From the NCBI GenBank assembly GCA_000934665.2, contig KZ538430.1:50952-70951 (forward strand): a stretch of DNA of 20,000 nt. Reading direction: 5' to 3'. This document shows, one piece after another, positions 1 through 10,008 of this stretch. Both the position numbers and the translations under genes were made by a program. The notes beneath the pieces are model-generated. The model worked only from the letters and a program-made list of their open reading frames with translations. It was not told the origin of the DNA and searched no databases. The DNA is from Catajapyx aquilonaris (taxonomy: Eukaryota). Within the stretch, counting starts at the first letter, position 1. Every line of letters starts with the position of its first letter.

Positions 1-48
1 AGTTTCAGCTGATACACTGTTGCTCTCAACTTCAGCAGCACTAAGATC
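1..48 (-). CDS. Putative internal coding exon of an unidentified host gene (continues beyond window start)
   Basis: Minus strand reads ttatttttgcag|GATCTTAGTGCTGCTGAAGTT..., a pyrimidine-rich 3' splice site. Phase 0 is open: DLSAAEVESNSVSAET. Confidence 0.5.
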
Positions 49-254
49 CTGCAAAAATAAAGTAGGTTTATAAGATTACATAAAAGCCTGTCCTACATTC
101 ATTTTTCTTACAAGTTATTTAGTAAATGGGCAAATCTGTAAAGTAAATCATGCTAATAGAAGGTGAAAATCCACTGACCATGGTGTTACCCTCAGAAGAT
201 GCAGAAACAAATGGGGCATGAACATTTACCATTGGAAGTATGGTAAAAGTCTGA

Positions 255-410
255 AACATATGTTTTGATCGAGTGGAAAGTACTGGAAAACCCAGAGAGA
301 ACACACTGAAACTTCCACACCAGAAAATCCATAGCTTCATTGGGGGATCAGCCTTGAGGCCTCACATGTATAAGGCAGGTTCTAAACCACTTATACCACA
401 ATGATGCCCA
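255..410 (-). mobile_element. Old, degraded tRNA-derived SINE (probably related to the 1325-1653 family)
   Basis: Minus strand has an A-box-like TGGTATAAGTGG, a decayed B-box GGCTGATCCCC and a core GTGTGGAAGTTTCAGTGTGTTCTCTCTGGGTTTTCC resembling the V-domain core of the younger copy. Boundaries are approximate. Confidence 0.5.
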
Positions 411-1316
411 CAAGAAGCTATATGCAAGCTTTGGGATATTTGAATTTATTATAAGCATGAACCCATGTCAGCATTAGTATCCAATTCCACTTCTACAGGT
501 ACAGGATTGTAGACCCTAATTATGCCGGTGGAAACAGTTGATTTCCTCGCCATCACATTTTTTGAAATAATGATGTTGGGAGTATTGAAAAGAAGTCTGT
601 TTTCCTCATGTCAACACTATTCACAACCCCCCACATGGCAGTGTTTAAGGAAACTCTGGAAAACCTTGATCTTGCAAGTTACATATTATTATGCAATAAC
701 TACTTATGTGTGAGCCATGACTTATTTGAGAATCTTACACAGATTACAACACAGCCATTAACAACTGTCAGCATATTGCAATAAAACATTCTTACAACAT
801 GATACAGTAAACGTGCTTATTCAACCCTTTTATGTCAGCATTACCGTATACACCATGATTTCTTTAGATTTTTTCCTTCACCTTAATTACTTATTGCATA
901 ACGCTGTACTGTCCTGGCTTCATTGATCACACCTACAATCTCAACAGAATGAATTTGCCTTCCTAATTATGATACCAAATGTACTGGTTTCAGGAACTGC
1001 CCACTGACACAATAAAAAGCTTTTTAAAAAGTTATGAACATCAACAATAATTAATGTATTTTAAAATTTACATGGGGCACAAATTCGAGAAAGACTGTAC
1101 AATTTTGCCTGTCAGGAAGCTGACAATTGTGACTCACTTGTTCCAATAAAAAATAATGAGGAAAATTACAGCAAAATCCCACGAAGGGTATATAATAAAT
1201 CATACACATCCAATAATTATTTTTTTAGAGTTTCATCCATGTGGGATCCCATTCTCTACAGTCTACATAGAGCTTTATTACGTACTTATGTATATGGTAT
1301 AAGTTGCCTCATGCAG

Positions 1317-1320
<4 letters not shown>

Positions 1321-1401
<81 letters not shown>
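1321..1401. repeat. (AAT)27 microsatellite, the 3' tail of the adjacent minus-strand SINE
   Basis: Perfect AAT run counted directly; it explains the poly-Ile ORF 1309..1569. Confidence 0.97.
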
Positions 1402-1402
<1 letters not shown>

Positions 1403-1653
1403 GGATACCCTGTGATAGGCCTCCTTGGGCCTCTTAGGGGATCATCTTTTTGTGAACCGTCTTTAATCATTGCCTGCGCTGTGATGGATTTTGATTGTGG
1501 GAGGAAATGGGAGAACCCCGAGAAAACCCACACGAACACGGAGAGAACCCATCGAAACTCTATCCACATAAGTATCGTCCATCCAATCAGGGGATCAAAT
1601 TCGGGACTTCAGAGGTGGAAGGCTGCGGAGCTAACCACTATGCCACCGTGTCG
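1325..1653 (-). mobile_element. Full-length tRNA-derived SINE with V-domain-like core and (ATT)n tail
   Basis: A-box TGGCATAGTGG (1645-1635) and degenerate B-box GAATTTGATCCC (1602-1591). Core GTTCTCTCCGTGTTCGTGTGGGTTTTCTCGGGGTTCTCCCATTTCCTCCCACAATC matches the V-SINE conserved domain as I recall it. 17-bp TSD ctcatg(c/g)agcctgaata at 1308-1324 and 1654-1670. Confidence 0.85.
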
Positions 1654-2065
1654 CTCATGGAGCCTGAATATTGGCTTTAGAAGTGCTGTTGTGCATCATG
1701 AATAGAGACACGTCATACGAAGGCTTTTTTTGTTCCCCATGTACAGTGCTTGTCTTGTGTAGCTACTTAATTAGACCAAGTTGTCAGAAGCCTTACTTAG
1801 GCAATTCTGGAACTCCTCTGGCAACCAAGATAATATTCTTGATCTCACCAATATAATTCCATTAGCTTGAAAACCAGAGTCTTCTGTAGATGTAAAGCCA
1901 TCTTTTGGTTGTACAACATATTTGTTCCATTTCCTTTGGCATGTGCAGACTATCAACCTCACACAGAAGAGCCAGTCAAAAGGAAAGTGACTTATCACAA
2001 ATTTTTAAAATTCTTAAGAGACACAAGCTACATCCACTATGCTCTGACCTAGTATTGAACCATAG

Positions 2066-3628
2066 CACAGTGCGGCAGAATTAATCGGAAAAAGTTGGTC
2101 AGAAGTCACCAGTTCAATTGTGACCTGCAAAGTGCATGAATTTTCGAAATTGTCATTCAAGGAGCACATTTTGATAGAATGTGCATGTGAATCAGTCATT
2201 GGAAGAACATGGCGGCCGTGAATCCAATATATGTATAGAGAGCCATAGTAAAACATACAGCCGAAATCATCCCTAGACAATTTTATTTGGTCAAGGAAGC
2301 CATTCAAAATAAATGTGTCCTCTACATAAAATGAGCTACATTTGTTATTTTTATAATGGCGGTCGGGAATCCAATATATCGCATCCCGGCAATAACAGGG
2401 GCACAAGTCCAACAATGACGATTTTGACTTATTACTAGAGCAGGGTCCATGACCGTGTGCACATTCAGAATGCATATTCTGATTTTAAAAAATTAAAAAT
2501 TAATTATTCTGATTATTCGAATGCTGCATCAATACCTGATTTATGATAACACTATACCAACACTATACAACTTTCAAAGTGCTCTCCTGTGAAATTGACT
2601 TTTTGGACTTGTGCCCCTGTTATTGCCGGGGTGCGATATGTATAGAGAGCCATAATAAAACATACAACCCAAATCATTCCAAGTCAATTTTGTTTGGTCT
2701 AGGAAGTTATTCAAAACGAATGTGTCCTCTACATGAAACGACGAAAAAAATTCATTTTAAAAATGGTGACCGTTCACAGTGTAAGATATAGAGTGTGGAG
2801 CAAACCGCCATTTTTAAAAGTAACAACTTTCGGTCATTTTATGTAGAGGACACATTTATTTTGAATGGCTTCCTTGACCAAATAAAATTATCTTGGGATG
2901 ATTTCGGTTGTATTTTTTACTATGGCTCTCTATACATATATTGGATTCACAGCCGCCATGTTCTTCCAATGACTCACTCACATGCACATTCTATCAAAAT
3001 GTGCTCCTTGAATGGCAATTTCGAAAATTCATGCACTTCCCAGGTCACAATTGAACCGCAGATCTTCTGTCATCTTTTTTGGATGCAGATCCGTAATCGT
3101 AGCCAAGAGCAAAGATACGTCGTTTATTCTTATGTGCAAATATGTGCAATACTTTTTGCCTGAGTAAGCTCAAGCATAACATTGGCTATCACCCACTGAC
3201 CAAAAAGTAGCGGAGCGAGGCGGCGAAAGGACTGTAGGCCTAACTTCGTGTGAAAATGTCACTTTTAAATTATCGCTATCTTCTGAATTTTTTGTGCCTT
3301 TATAATGGAAGATTTAAAAATATCATAATATTGGACAGAGAGAGCACACAATACTTAATGTTGTCACATATGTTTCTTTACATTCCCTATCACACTTTTT
3401 GGAATCAATGAAATATTATTTGGTGCTACTTTTGCCTGCGATACAGGAAGCGTAAAATCTGCCATGTTTGACACGTTATTGTGGCATAACAAAGGAACCC
3501 ACGTCGAAAATATTCGACAGTCTCATAGGTTGGACATTTTCGATTGTGATAAGATCCTCTTTTATTATTGCAAAGAAAGTTCGCATTTTTTGTTCTTGGC
3601 CAGCTTTTTCGGATTCTGCCGCACTGTG
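2066..3628. mobile_element. Non-autonomous Transib-like DNA transposon (1563 bp)
   Basis: Perfect 16-bp TIR CACAGTGCGGCAGAAT (2066-2081; reverse complement 3613-3628), extending imperfectly into GAAAAAG(T/C)TGG. Exact 5-bp TSD CATAG at 2061-2065 and 3629-3633. CAC termini plus a 5-bp TSD are Transib hallmarks. No transposase ORF. Confidence 0.85.
2112..3056. repeat. Internal ~250-bp inverted repeat plus a diverged direct copy inside the Transib-like element
   Basis: 2112-2362 is the reverse complement of 2804-3056; ORFs 2014..2475(-) and 2795..3163(+) share SFYVEDTFILNGFLDQIKLS... ~2636-2770 is a diverged direct copy of ~2228-2360. ~2374-2412 is inverted at ~2602-2640. Confidence 0.9.
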
Positions 3629-4314
3629 CATAGGTAATGTCACAAGAAAAGCTGTCAATGTTAACCGATGCAAAACTGTGAATGAACTCCTTCCCAATAC
3701 CTCTACAAGGAACTTTTCTCGTAGGGCACAATCATGCTGATGTCTGATAATTCTCCTATCCCATAAATTTGGATATTGTGCAAGTGTAGTTAAAGCATTA
3801 TTGCTTATTCTAGAGTTAATCTACTTCTGGCTGTGTCAACTTGTTTTCGAGACAGTTCAAGCTCTTGTTTGTCAGACAGTGGGAGGAAGGTTGCATTTCG
3901 TCAGAAGTTGTTAAATGATAGCAACAAGTCTTCACAAACAGCTGATAACTGATTCTCAGAAGAAATTAAACTTTTCACTTTATGTATTCCACAGGTAATG
4001 TGTAGACAAAATTATGCTTGATACTAGCATACCTGGCCTTATAATGTCATATCCATATAGCCACCAATTGTGCCTTTTCTACAATTTGGTCATCCCCATT
4101 TTTAAAGGCATGCTGCAATATGCTTTGTAATATGGCAATAATAATAAATTAAAATGCACACCTGTTAAACTTGTTACATGTCCATAGAGGAACCCATATA
4201 CAAGTGTCACTCAGGAAATTTTTCTGCAAATTTTACATTTTACAAACAAAATATATGGCAGACATCAAAATTGTACTGAAAATATAAATTAAACCCCTTC
4301 TTACATTCCTTACA

Positions 4315-4440
4315 TACCACTTTAACATAGCACCTGTATAGTCAACTCCCAAGTAAGAATATTCATCTGCTTTTGTGAACCACATCTTGACCGCCCTGAT
4401 CACTTCATTACTAGTTTTTTAAGTTTCCTGCTGCAAATGG
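4315..4440 (-). pseudogene. Degenerate mariner transposase C-terminal fragment
   Basis: Minus strand translates HLQQET*KTSNEVIRAVKMWFTKADEYSYLGV, resembling the mariner C-terminal pattern HLxGxxFxSxEEVxxAVxxWF...FYxxG. Confidence 0.5.
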
Positions 4441-4460
4441 CAATTGACCCAAGAGGTGGA

Positions 4461-4721
4461 AATCTGGGGGGTGCCAGGTTCAAAGATGATAATGAAGTGA
4501 TTGGTGAAATGAAGAAGTGGCTCAGAAAAGGAGACGATGATTATTAGTGATGGGGCTTAGAGGACCTTGTTCCAAGGTGCTACAAAGCCACTGCAAATGG
4601 AGCAGTCTACACTGAAGTGTAACTAGAGCTTCAAGGTATCTTTTCCAATACTTTTTGTCCCTGCATCTATTTTGTTTACAAGTAATAAAAATTGGGGGAA
4701 ATGTTCTGAATAGGCCTTGTA
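4461..4721 (+). mobile_element. Degenerate mariner 3' fragment (transposase C-terminus and right TIR remnant)
   Basis: 4461-4622 translates NLGGARFKDDNEVIGEMKKWLRKGDDDY**WGLEDLVPRCYKATANGAVYTEV*, matching the mariner end LGGxRFxxDxEV...WL...FY..GI..LVPRWxKC...GxYVE*. It is followed by a TIR-like end ...tgaataggccttgTA. Confidence 0.8.
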
Positions 4722-5723
4722 GCGTAACAAGTACACAGAAAATATCACAAAATGGAAATGTCTACATGAGTTGGAATTGCTCAAAGCAGTATGATGCAGT
4801 GGCGCTTAGCACTCTTGTCTACACTTTCAATTTTACGCATGTCATATAGCCTACTCATTCTTTGAATTGTTGTTGGTTACATCACACTGGGACTGTGCCC
4901 CTCAAAAGTCCCACTCCACTGTTGGCCTTGTTGCACTTGTATCAACAAAGATATTTACAAAGGTGGGTGATGGACACTGCAATACATGTCATGGAAATGG
5001 TCATTACTTACTAGCAAAAAAAAACTGCATTTCAGAGAAGCCCTCACACACATTGTGGACATTTAGGTACATTTACATAAAGTGGCATTATTATTATTGG
5101 CATGACTGGCAAACATGAAGCCTCAAATGTTCATCTGTATGTATAAGGTACTTGCTTACATGTCACCTTATCTGAATGGCACCCACCACCTAGACCCAAA
5201 TGTGATAACAGGAGGAAATGGTGTTTCAAAGATAGGGAGTTGTCACATCATGCATTTGACACACAGTACTTTGGAAATTTTCATGCATGACAAGGCGAGT
5301 TTGTCTTTGCAAGAGACTTTTCACCATTTGGGTTGAGGTCATGGGTCACCACTGCCTTTCAAGTTCTTAGGTGCATTTTAGCTGCATGGGCACATTACAA
5401 TTGAAGGTCACTAATGAGGGATTTTATTTCAGCGATTAGAGGTCTACCACTTGGAAAAATCCAGATTCGATCCCTGGTGGTGACCATCCTGACAGTTTGT
5501 TTTTACTCTAGTTCCTCCCAAAATAATTCAAAGTTGGCACAGCCTCCTCCTTACTTCACAATCCTTCTCTAATACTGGAGAGTCAGAGTGGTGCTGCTGT
5601 AACGTATGCGCCCATGGATGTAAGGGTCCCGGGTTCGATCCCAAGCGCGGCATTTCCCCCCTTCATCTCGTGCAGAGTTCGGGGTCATCTCTGGCTTTGT
5701 CTCAGGTTGGATTTCCACTAGAC

Positions 5724-6372
5724 CAGCGGTTCCCAAACTGTGCTCCGCAGAGGATCTCCAAGTGCTCCGCGAAAAGATTGGGAAATAAAATATGTAAAAT
5801 AAATGTGACAAGATCTCAAAATTTGTCCGGCCATGAACTGTGAATTTGATATAAAAATTATTTAGCTCCTGCAGCATATGGTTTCAATGCAATAAAATCG
5901 TCTCGAATTCGAAATATAATTCGTGGTTTTGCTCTACGATGAAATATCGACAAACAGCTTGAAAAATACAGTGAGGTAAAAACAGCCAAAATTGCACTAC
6001 GTGCCTTTGGCATATCGATGATGTTAGTCAGTGGCGTAGGCAGGGGGGTGGGGCTACCCCCCACGAAATGTTTGAAATAGCATTAAAAATTACTAATTCA
6101 TGGTGTTTTGGAAAAAGTGCTACCAATTACATCAAATACACACCCATTCAAATCTCCCACATTCACCTAAGCTCGTGTGACCTTGAATCGCCCTAAAAAT
6201 TTCACCTGTGGAGGCCATGCTCCCCGCCCTTTACGGCTTGTTCGCCTGCTTATATGACCCCCCCCCCCCCTCCCCGAAAATTCTTCTGTCTACACGCCTG
6301 TGTTAGTGCTCCGTCATGAATAATTTCTCTCCTGAAAAGTGCTCCGCGAGTCAGAAAGTTTGGGAACCGCTG
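5724..6372. mobile_element. hAT (Charlie/Buster-type) MITE
   Basis: Perfect 16-bp TIR CAGCGGTTCCCAAACT / AGTTTGGGAACCGCTG. Exact 8-bp TSD CACTAGAC (5716-5723, 6373-6380) with the central TA typical of Buster/Charlie targets. Subterminal GTGCTCCG repeats occur four times. Confidence 0.93.
6029..6300. mobile_element. Small MITE nested inside the hAT MITE
   Basis: Imperfect TIR CAGTGGCGTAGGCAG ... CTGTCTACACGCCTG, G- and C-runs just inside the ends, and flanking direct repeat TGTTAGT (6022-6028, 6301-6307). Confidence 0.75.
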
Positions 6373-7311
6373 CACTAGACTAACCACCCGGGGGAATTCA
6401 CAAAATGACGCAGCAACGACATTGCATTACACATCCCCTCCCTGTCACCCCACCCGAGGACCCGGGCGACTAGCGCACGTAGGTTCCATTGTAAACATGT
6501 GCGACGATAATAATGAAGGTCTGTGCGATATACCCCATGAGGCTGAAAGCACTACACGGATTATTATTATTATTATTATTACTACTACTACTATCCTTCT
6601 CTCATGAATGTGTCGCATGTTGTATGAACTGGGGATATGCCTTCACATCCTGCTGTCCCATAGTGAGCATATTGTTGAATTGTGATCAAGGTCTGCAATG
6701 TTAGGTCTCATACGAGTCATAATACTCTTAGCATTTACACTACGCAAGTCAGAAAAAGCAACACACACAATATTAGGTCATATGATTACTGCAGGTGCTA
6801 TCCAGTTTCTCTACAGAACATTCACACTTCACCAACATTAACAGCTTAATCTCAGACCACTGGTATCTTACAACCTGCATAGTACAATTTCTCTGGTTCC
6901 CAAATATTTCTGTCCTGGTTTTCATCAGTTACAACATATATGCATTGATAAACCTCCATTGGGACCAAACAAAAATTGGGTCATGAAGAAGTTACCGTTG
7001 AACCAAGGGTCTGTTATGGATAAGCCCCATCACATGAGTGGCATGGCTTTTACTTGCATGGAGTTAGTTACGGTGTGCAAATTTGAAACCTAAACTTATT
7101 CGTAAGTGCAGGATATAATGCACCACACAGCATAACACACTGCTATGTTTTTTCAAAGTCCCGTGGCAATTACAACACTTCCACACATGGCAGCCATGAA
7201 ATCAATGCAAGTCATACTACTGACCTTCAACCAATGCTATTATTAACACTGCATGAGAGTTATTGTAGTTACACCCATTTTTCACTACTTGTTAAGCACC
7301 TTTCCACTTAC

Positions 7312-7497
7312 TGAATCAGAGTTGTGTCCTACCCGGACCTTCGTCTCCACCGTCAATGCTCCCAGATCCTCCGCATTCATCGTTGGTGATTTCTTGGATG
7401 AAAACCGCTGGTAGCTACGGTCACGCCCCAACTTGCGTGGCTTATGCCCAGACAGCGTAGCAGCATCGGCCGACATCTGACGCACAAGGGATGCCAT
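7312..7497 (-). CDS. Candidate first coding exon (MASLVRQMSADAATLSGHKPRKLGRDRSYQRFSSKK...) of an unidentified gene
   Basis: ATG with an upstream in-frame stop, in CpG-rich coding-like sequence. Ends at consensus donor TCA|GTAAGT (7311-7306), with an alternative CGG|GTAGGA 21 nt earlier. Both donors are phase 0, matching the exon at 1-48. Confidence 0.5.
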
Positions 7498-7825
7498 ATT
7501 CCATCCTTCTCACCGACTGTCCGATCCTAGCACTACAGTAGCACATTTTCAGTACACAACACAGCAGCATTACCTATCAAGGTGCCTCATAAGAATGGCA
7601 CAATTATGCAACTATTACATCATAATTGCAGCTTAGTTAATGTTTCTACAAGCCATGCAGAATGCAGAGGGAGCTACTGCTGTATCGGATTGCCTGTGCA
7701 TGGTTTAGAAAGCCGACAAATACAGACGGAAGAAATGGGTTGCCTACAGCTTAACTGCGCTTCTCCACTGCAGCACCGTCAATCGGGAAGGCGACCTTGG
7801 AAACCATTCTGGCTGCTGAACGCAC

Positions 7826-7837
7826 CTTTGACGACAT
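7826..7837 (-). CDS. Candidate alternative first coding exon (MSSK)
   Basis: Minus strand GAAGAG ATG TCG TCA AAG|GTGCGT has a purine at -3 and a good phase-0 donor. Joined to exon 48..1 it gives MSSKDLSAAEVESNSVSAET. Confidence 0.4.
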
Positions 7838-8569
7838 CTCTTCTCAATGTTTTTTTTTTCAATAAATAAATAAAACTTATTATAAATTCAGATTCTGCAA
7901 AGAGTTACAAAATGAGCATTGTTAATGTAAAATATTACATCGTCATTTATACATTCAAAACAGTTCCGGTGCGGTCAATCGAAGTATGCTTTGGGGCATA
8001 TGATCATTTACCAAGTCATTTACACATTTTAATATCTAAATAATATGTCTATAGAAATTACTATAATTTTTCAAATACGTAATTTTTATTTTGAATTACT
8101 AAATTTGAAATTAATATTATTCGCGGGTTGGAATTACGTTCATATCAGAGCGTATCAGAGTTGTTGATAAGTGCTAAGAACATATTTCTGACAACAAAAT
8201 GCCATTAAAAGACAACCTAAAAAATATTTGTTCAGTGTAATATTTTTATATAATAATAGTAATGCGTTTACAAAGTAGTCAGGTTAAATAGTGTATATTT
8301 CAAATCACACCTTTACCTGGCACCTATGTGATAATTGGAACCAATTCGAACGTTGACGCGGCGGTGACAGCATAGTGGTTTTCTCTTTCAGTGCCGTGGA
8401 GGATGCCCTGTTCGAGTGAGTTGTTGGCTGGTTGTTGGTGACCTCGTCCTCGCCCCTCGCGACCGTGGTGCATCGTCAGGAAAGGCTGGTTTCATTCGAC
8501 GACCTCCCCAATGCCGTTTGCTGGCGAGGCAGAGTTTGTTCCGACAACGCAAAGACATGGACGGAACTC

Positions 8570-8596
8570 AAGGAAGGAAGGAAGGAAGGAAGGAAG
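8570..8596. repeat. (AAGG)6 microsatellite
   Basis: Directly visible. Confidence 0.9.
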
Positions 8597-9415
8597 AACT
8601 CACGAGATGGCGGGCAAGCTCTACCACCTGCTCCCACCTACTGGGCGGATCCAGACCAGTTGGTGAATGGTGACCAGCCTCTCCCAGCCTCGGCCCTGCC
8701 TGCTGGCCCCCCTGGCAGCCCCGGGTCCCATTCTCACGGAAGGACTGGATATAGGACGACCTACAGGTCAATCCAGATATCCCCCACCCGTGACGAGGCT
8801 GAGGACACAGGGTAATTATCTAGTTTATGTGGCCGGAGACAGTATAAAATCCTTTGTCTCTCTGGGCCTACCTGCCGCCCCAGAGATTACTGGGCTCCCA
8901 TAGTCCCATGTGCATGCAATAATTGTGTGGAATGGTATTGTGTCCTATCAGGTTCCCATGCGCGTCTCGTACTAGGGAAAATGCTGCAGTGTCATAAAAT
9001 GGTGCCAGTATGTTTTGAGGATGAAAAAAGTGGATGAATGACAAGTTTTTTTTCAGTATGCTTTCAAGTCCTTGCAAGAGTCAGCCTCTTTCAATGTTTG
9101 CTGATGATGAGATAATGGTATCAGCTCAATCAGTTAAAGCCAGATTTTCATGGTATTGTTATAATTCAAGCAGGAATTATCTTATGAGGACAGGAACATT
9201 CCTCCACCTAACCACCAGCAACTAGCCAAGGGATTGTCATTAACGTTCAGCATTAATAAATTGTTCATATAGGCTACCTTGCAATCGATATGTTTGCAGT
9301 AGCCGTTTTTACAGGGTCAATTTTAAATCATTATTCTGCAGTTCCACTTGAAATGGCACTAATTCTGATGAGCTTGCGAAAGTAGAGGGGATGTAGTCCG
9401 GGCCCTAAGCGCCTT

Positions 9416-10008
9416 AACCTTGCACTTCGTGAGAAAAAGGTACCACTTGGCATATGTGTTCCTTAGGCCTATATGAGCAATTCCAGAGTTGCAGGCAACT
9501 GATCGGCCCCTTAGGTCACGAGTTATGCGGTGTTGCCAACATGGCCTGGGATGACCAGAGCGTTTTTAACATTGCATTTTGTGATAAGAAGGTACCGCTT
9601 GGCACATATGTTCCCTAGGTCTGTAGGAGTCGTTTGAGAGATGGAGGCACTTGATCGGGTCCTTAGGTCAGGAGTTATGCGGTGTTGCCAACCTGGTCCT
9701 GGACCTTAGCGTTTTGTACCATTTTTAACTTTGCATTTTGGGATAAGAAGGTGCCACTTGGCACATATGTTCCTTAGGCCTATAGGAGAAATTTCAGAGT
9801 TGCAGGCAACTGATCGGCCCCTTAGGTCGCGAGTTATGCGGTGTTGCCAACCTGATCAGGGAACTAAGCGTTTTAACTCGGCACTTTGTGATAGGAAGGT
9901 GCCACTTGGCAGACATGTTCCCTAGGTCTGTAGGAGTCGTTTGAGAGATGGAGGCACTTGATCGGCTCCTTAGGTCAGGAGTTATGTGGTGTTGCCTACC
10001 TGGTCAGG
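9416..10008 (+). repeat. Left arm: four ~150-bp monomers alternating A/B
   Basis: Monomers start near 9416, 9567, 9726 and 9875, and all share GAGTTATG(C/T)GGTGTTGCC. Type A has CAGAGTTGCAGGCAACTGATCGG; type B has GAGAGATGGAGGCACTTGATCGG. Confidence 0.93.

Larger units (their letters stand above)
5571..6592 (+). mobile_element. Younger tRNA-derived SINE (interrupted by hAT MITE at 5724-6372)
   Basis: B-box GGGTTCGATCCC (5631-5642), (TTA)n(CTA)n tail at ~6561-6593, and 10-bp TSD ATCCTTCTCT at 5561-5570 and 6593-6602. Confidence 0.85.
5418..6724 (+). mobile_element. Old tRNA-derived SINE split by younger insertions (pieces ~5418-5570 and ~6603-6724)
   Basis: Decayed A-box TATTTCAGCGATTAGAG, decayed B-box AGATTCGATCCC (5463-5474) and a following GACCATCCTGAC core-like motif. 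The sequence resumes after the duplicated ATCCTTCTCT. Outer boundaries are approximate. Confidence 0.55.

Noticed and set aside
1309..1569. Poly-Ile ORF and other 60-150 aa ORFs in the track
   Set aside because: They are translations of microsatellites, SINEs and tandem or inverted repeats, often with non-ATG starts, and show no protein motifs.
3426..3800. MADF-domain-like peptides on the minus strand (QYPNLWDRR, IRKSW, WQILRFL)
   Set aside because: The pieces are in different frames and straddle the Transib right end at 3628. IRKSW is just the translated TIR, so the resemblance is most likely chance.
3970..4000. + strand recursive splice-like site (polypyrimidine-CAG|GTAATG)
   Set aside because: It is antisense to the inferred host gene and there is no other support for a + strand transcript here.
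5575..5655. tRNA gene
   Set aside because: The B-box is present but the T-stem and acceptor stem do not pair properly. It continues into a SINE body with tail and TSD.
9365..9393. Second hammerhead (CTGATGA-GCTTGC-GAAA)
   Set aside because: Stem II is only 2 bp. No convincing stem III, cleavage triplet or stem I exists even after removing the adjacent insertion; at best a decayed relic.
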